Part shown: in pieces, positions 61,743 through 64,000 of the stretch
How positions within the stretch are numbered: the stretch's first letter is position 1
Layout of the letters: each line of letters begins with the position of its first letter
From: Eledone cirrhosa
Taxonomy: Eukaryota
DNA: 64,000 bases
Assembly (NCBI GenBank): GCA_964016885.1
Contig: OZ024740.1
Location: forward strand, 243,226,001 to 243,290,000
Direction: 5' to 3'
Translations under genes and position numbers: made by a program
Notes under the pieces: model-generated
Databases searched by the model: none
What the model was told of the DNA's origin: nothing
The model's input: the letters and a program-made list of their open reading frames with translations, nothing else

Positions 61743-63040
61743 AATGAATGGCGAATTCTTCGCTTGCAAAGACCGGTGGGAAAATTGTTGTCCTGTTCCG
61801 TGCGGTGGTACACCCAGAGGTGGCTGTAGAGGCCAATCCTGGACTAGCAGGCTGTGGTACAGTTGGGGCAAGTGTGTACTTGGTTGGGTGGCGGACAGCT
61901 TTCTTCTTAGATGTCTTCAGCTGCCGCCTTCCTCAAAGCTGGCTGCAGTTGTTTTGGTCGCTCTCAATTTCTTTCTGTCTTCTACCGAGTGTTCCCATTC
62001 TCTGTGATCAATATTGCCTTGGTCTTGAAGCGTTGGGGGTGGGGGCTTGGTTTCGCTTGCCTTCACGTAGTTCGCCGTAGAAAACTGCCTTTGGCATCCT
62101 AGAGTCGTTCATGCGCGAGGCATGACCTGCCCAGCATGCTCTCAATGCTTGTGATATCGGCCCTCTTGAGAACTTCTCGTTTGTTACATAGTCCTGCCAA
62201 CGTATGCCCATAATGAAGCGAAGCCATCGCTAATTGAATCTTTCCAGTAGCTTGATCTGCTTTCGGTACAGGACACAGCTTTCAGCTCCGTAGAGGAGGC
62301 TAATGATTACAACAGCTCTGTAAACTCTGATCTTTGTTGTGAGGCGTAGAGAGTGGTTCTGCCACACGCGTCTCTGCAAGCGTCCGAATGAGCTGCTGGC
62401 CTTGGCAATGCGGTTGTCAATATCCTTTGCTGGGGTAGCGTCATTGGTAATGAAGCTTCCCAAGTATGTGAAGTGCTCCACTGCACTGAGGGTGCCCATC
62501 GATGTTAATTTGCGGAGGGTGGTACTTTTCATTTGCTGGCTTCCGGGACATGTTTTCAGGTTTTTTTTAGGTTGATAGGCAGCCAAGGCCTTTCTCCTGT
62601 CCGAGCAAAGCAGCTGGCGGCTACCTGGAGATCTTCCCCCGTTTGCGCCAAAAGGGCACAGTCGTCTGTTAACTGCAGATCCAGGATCAACTCCTCCAAT
62701 GTTTTGGTGCGGGCGATCAGTCGTGCAAGTTGAACACACTCCCATCAGTACGGAACCGGATGTAAAAGCCCTACAACAGATCTTTCTTCGTTTCGCAGAG
62801 CATCGTGCTGAAGAAGATTGCAAATAGGGTTGGGGCAAGGACTCGGCCTTGTTTCATGCCATTCTCGATTGGAGAGACCACCATTGTGCTTCACCCGCCC
62901 CTGCTGGAGCATGGTCAGGAATTTTGACGGGCATCCAAGTTTGCTGAGGATCTTCCACAGTCCATCCCTACTGACTATCAAACGCCTTCGTCAGTTCAAT
63001 GAAGGCAGTGTACAAGGCCATATTTTGTTCCCTACATTTT
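61743..63040 (-). mobile_element. RTE-BovB-type LINE 3' part, decayed
   Basis: VEHFTYLGS, IDNRIAKASSSFGRL, TKIRVYRAVV..LLYGAE, WAGHASRMNDSRMPKAVFYGEL and a C-terminal zinc-finger remnant. Confidence 0.88.
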
Positions 63041-64000
63041 TTATATCATTAATTTAATAGTTCCTTATATACAATGATTTTAGTGATAGTTGTTCCTCTT
63101 TGTTTTCCTTGCTTATAGGTATTAACTACCCTAAAAATGTTAATTTCTAAGTGCATGTGTAAATTGATGATTTTTTTATAATCATATATTAATTTTTTAA
63201 ATTAATCTTCGCTTTTCCTATCTAACCACAACAAGTGTGTGTGCGTGCGTTTGATCATGTCAGTAATGTACTATAATCAAATAAGTTTCTGTCTGTCTCA
63301 TAGAGTTACTACTTTCACTTCCCATCAACTCTCAAGTAATCCACCTTCTCTTTTGTTTGCTTCATAACATTACTGCTTCCATCAACACACAGAAATTACC
63401 TTTCTTTTGTCCCACATCGCTACTCCCCCTCTCAACATTTGTTTCTCCCTCTTTCTTCTTCCTTACTATTACCCCCCCCCCCCCATCAAGATTTTCTTTT
63501 TAACCCTTACGCCAACCGCATCACATAGGTGATTATATTATCTTTACCTCCATGTACAAATGACATTTTCTCCTTAATAAAATGTGACAATAGTTAGAAT
63601 GTATCTCTCACAGTAATATATTTTCTTTGTAAAAAAAAAAAAAAAAGATATCGCTATATACAGAATAAACTGCTTAAATCTCTTATCAAACCAAATTTAG
63701 ATAAATATCAAGATCGATAATGTCTATATGTAGATATTCCTCTCTTATTTGGTCAACCCCATTTCTATCAAATCATTTCCTCTTCATTAGTTTACTTTTA
63801 TTCTATTTTCCGCTCTGTCTTCTCTCAAACATCTTATTTTACTCTCGCTTTTCTTTCTCACAGACATTGTTCTATTTGATCCTGCCTCTCATTTTTACTG
63901 TGTGTATCACTTTGTTTTTGCATTTTTATACATTGTAAATATATACAAGAGAACCTTAAATGTGAGGAAATCAGAAAACTAAAAGGCAGTTTTAAATAAA

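Overview
AT-rich, repeat-saturated animal genomic DNA. The SINE and LINE content looks like an octopod cephalopod (inferred, not verified). Almost all ORF-track entries are microsatellite artefacts or transposon relics. By hand I reconstructed one real spliced gene on the minus strand that the ORF track does not show as a unit. It has six GT-AG, phase-consistent exons (60242-60141, 52456-52411, 49737-49563, 42752-42580, 38723-38662, 15922-15873) and probably continues past the left edge. It encodes a signal peptide, a thioredoxin domain with a CLQC motif, and a second, cysteine-less thioredoxin domain (PDI-like). The introns hold RTE LINEs (one near full length), CRE-clade retroelements, a Penelope relic, two tRNA-derived SINE families, a Chapaev3 transposon, mariner relics, Helitrons, several MITEs and a higher-order minisatellite. 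The most notable non-coding signal is a set of type I hammerhead ribozymes in short Penelope-like or retrozyme-like fold-back elements. Two have intact cores (541-607, 59037-59103) and three are degenerate.
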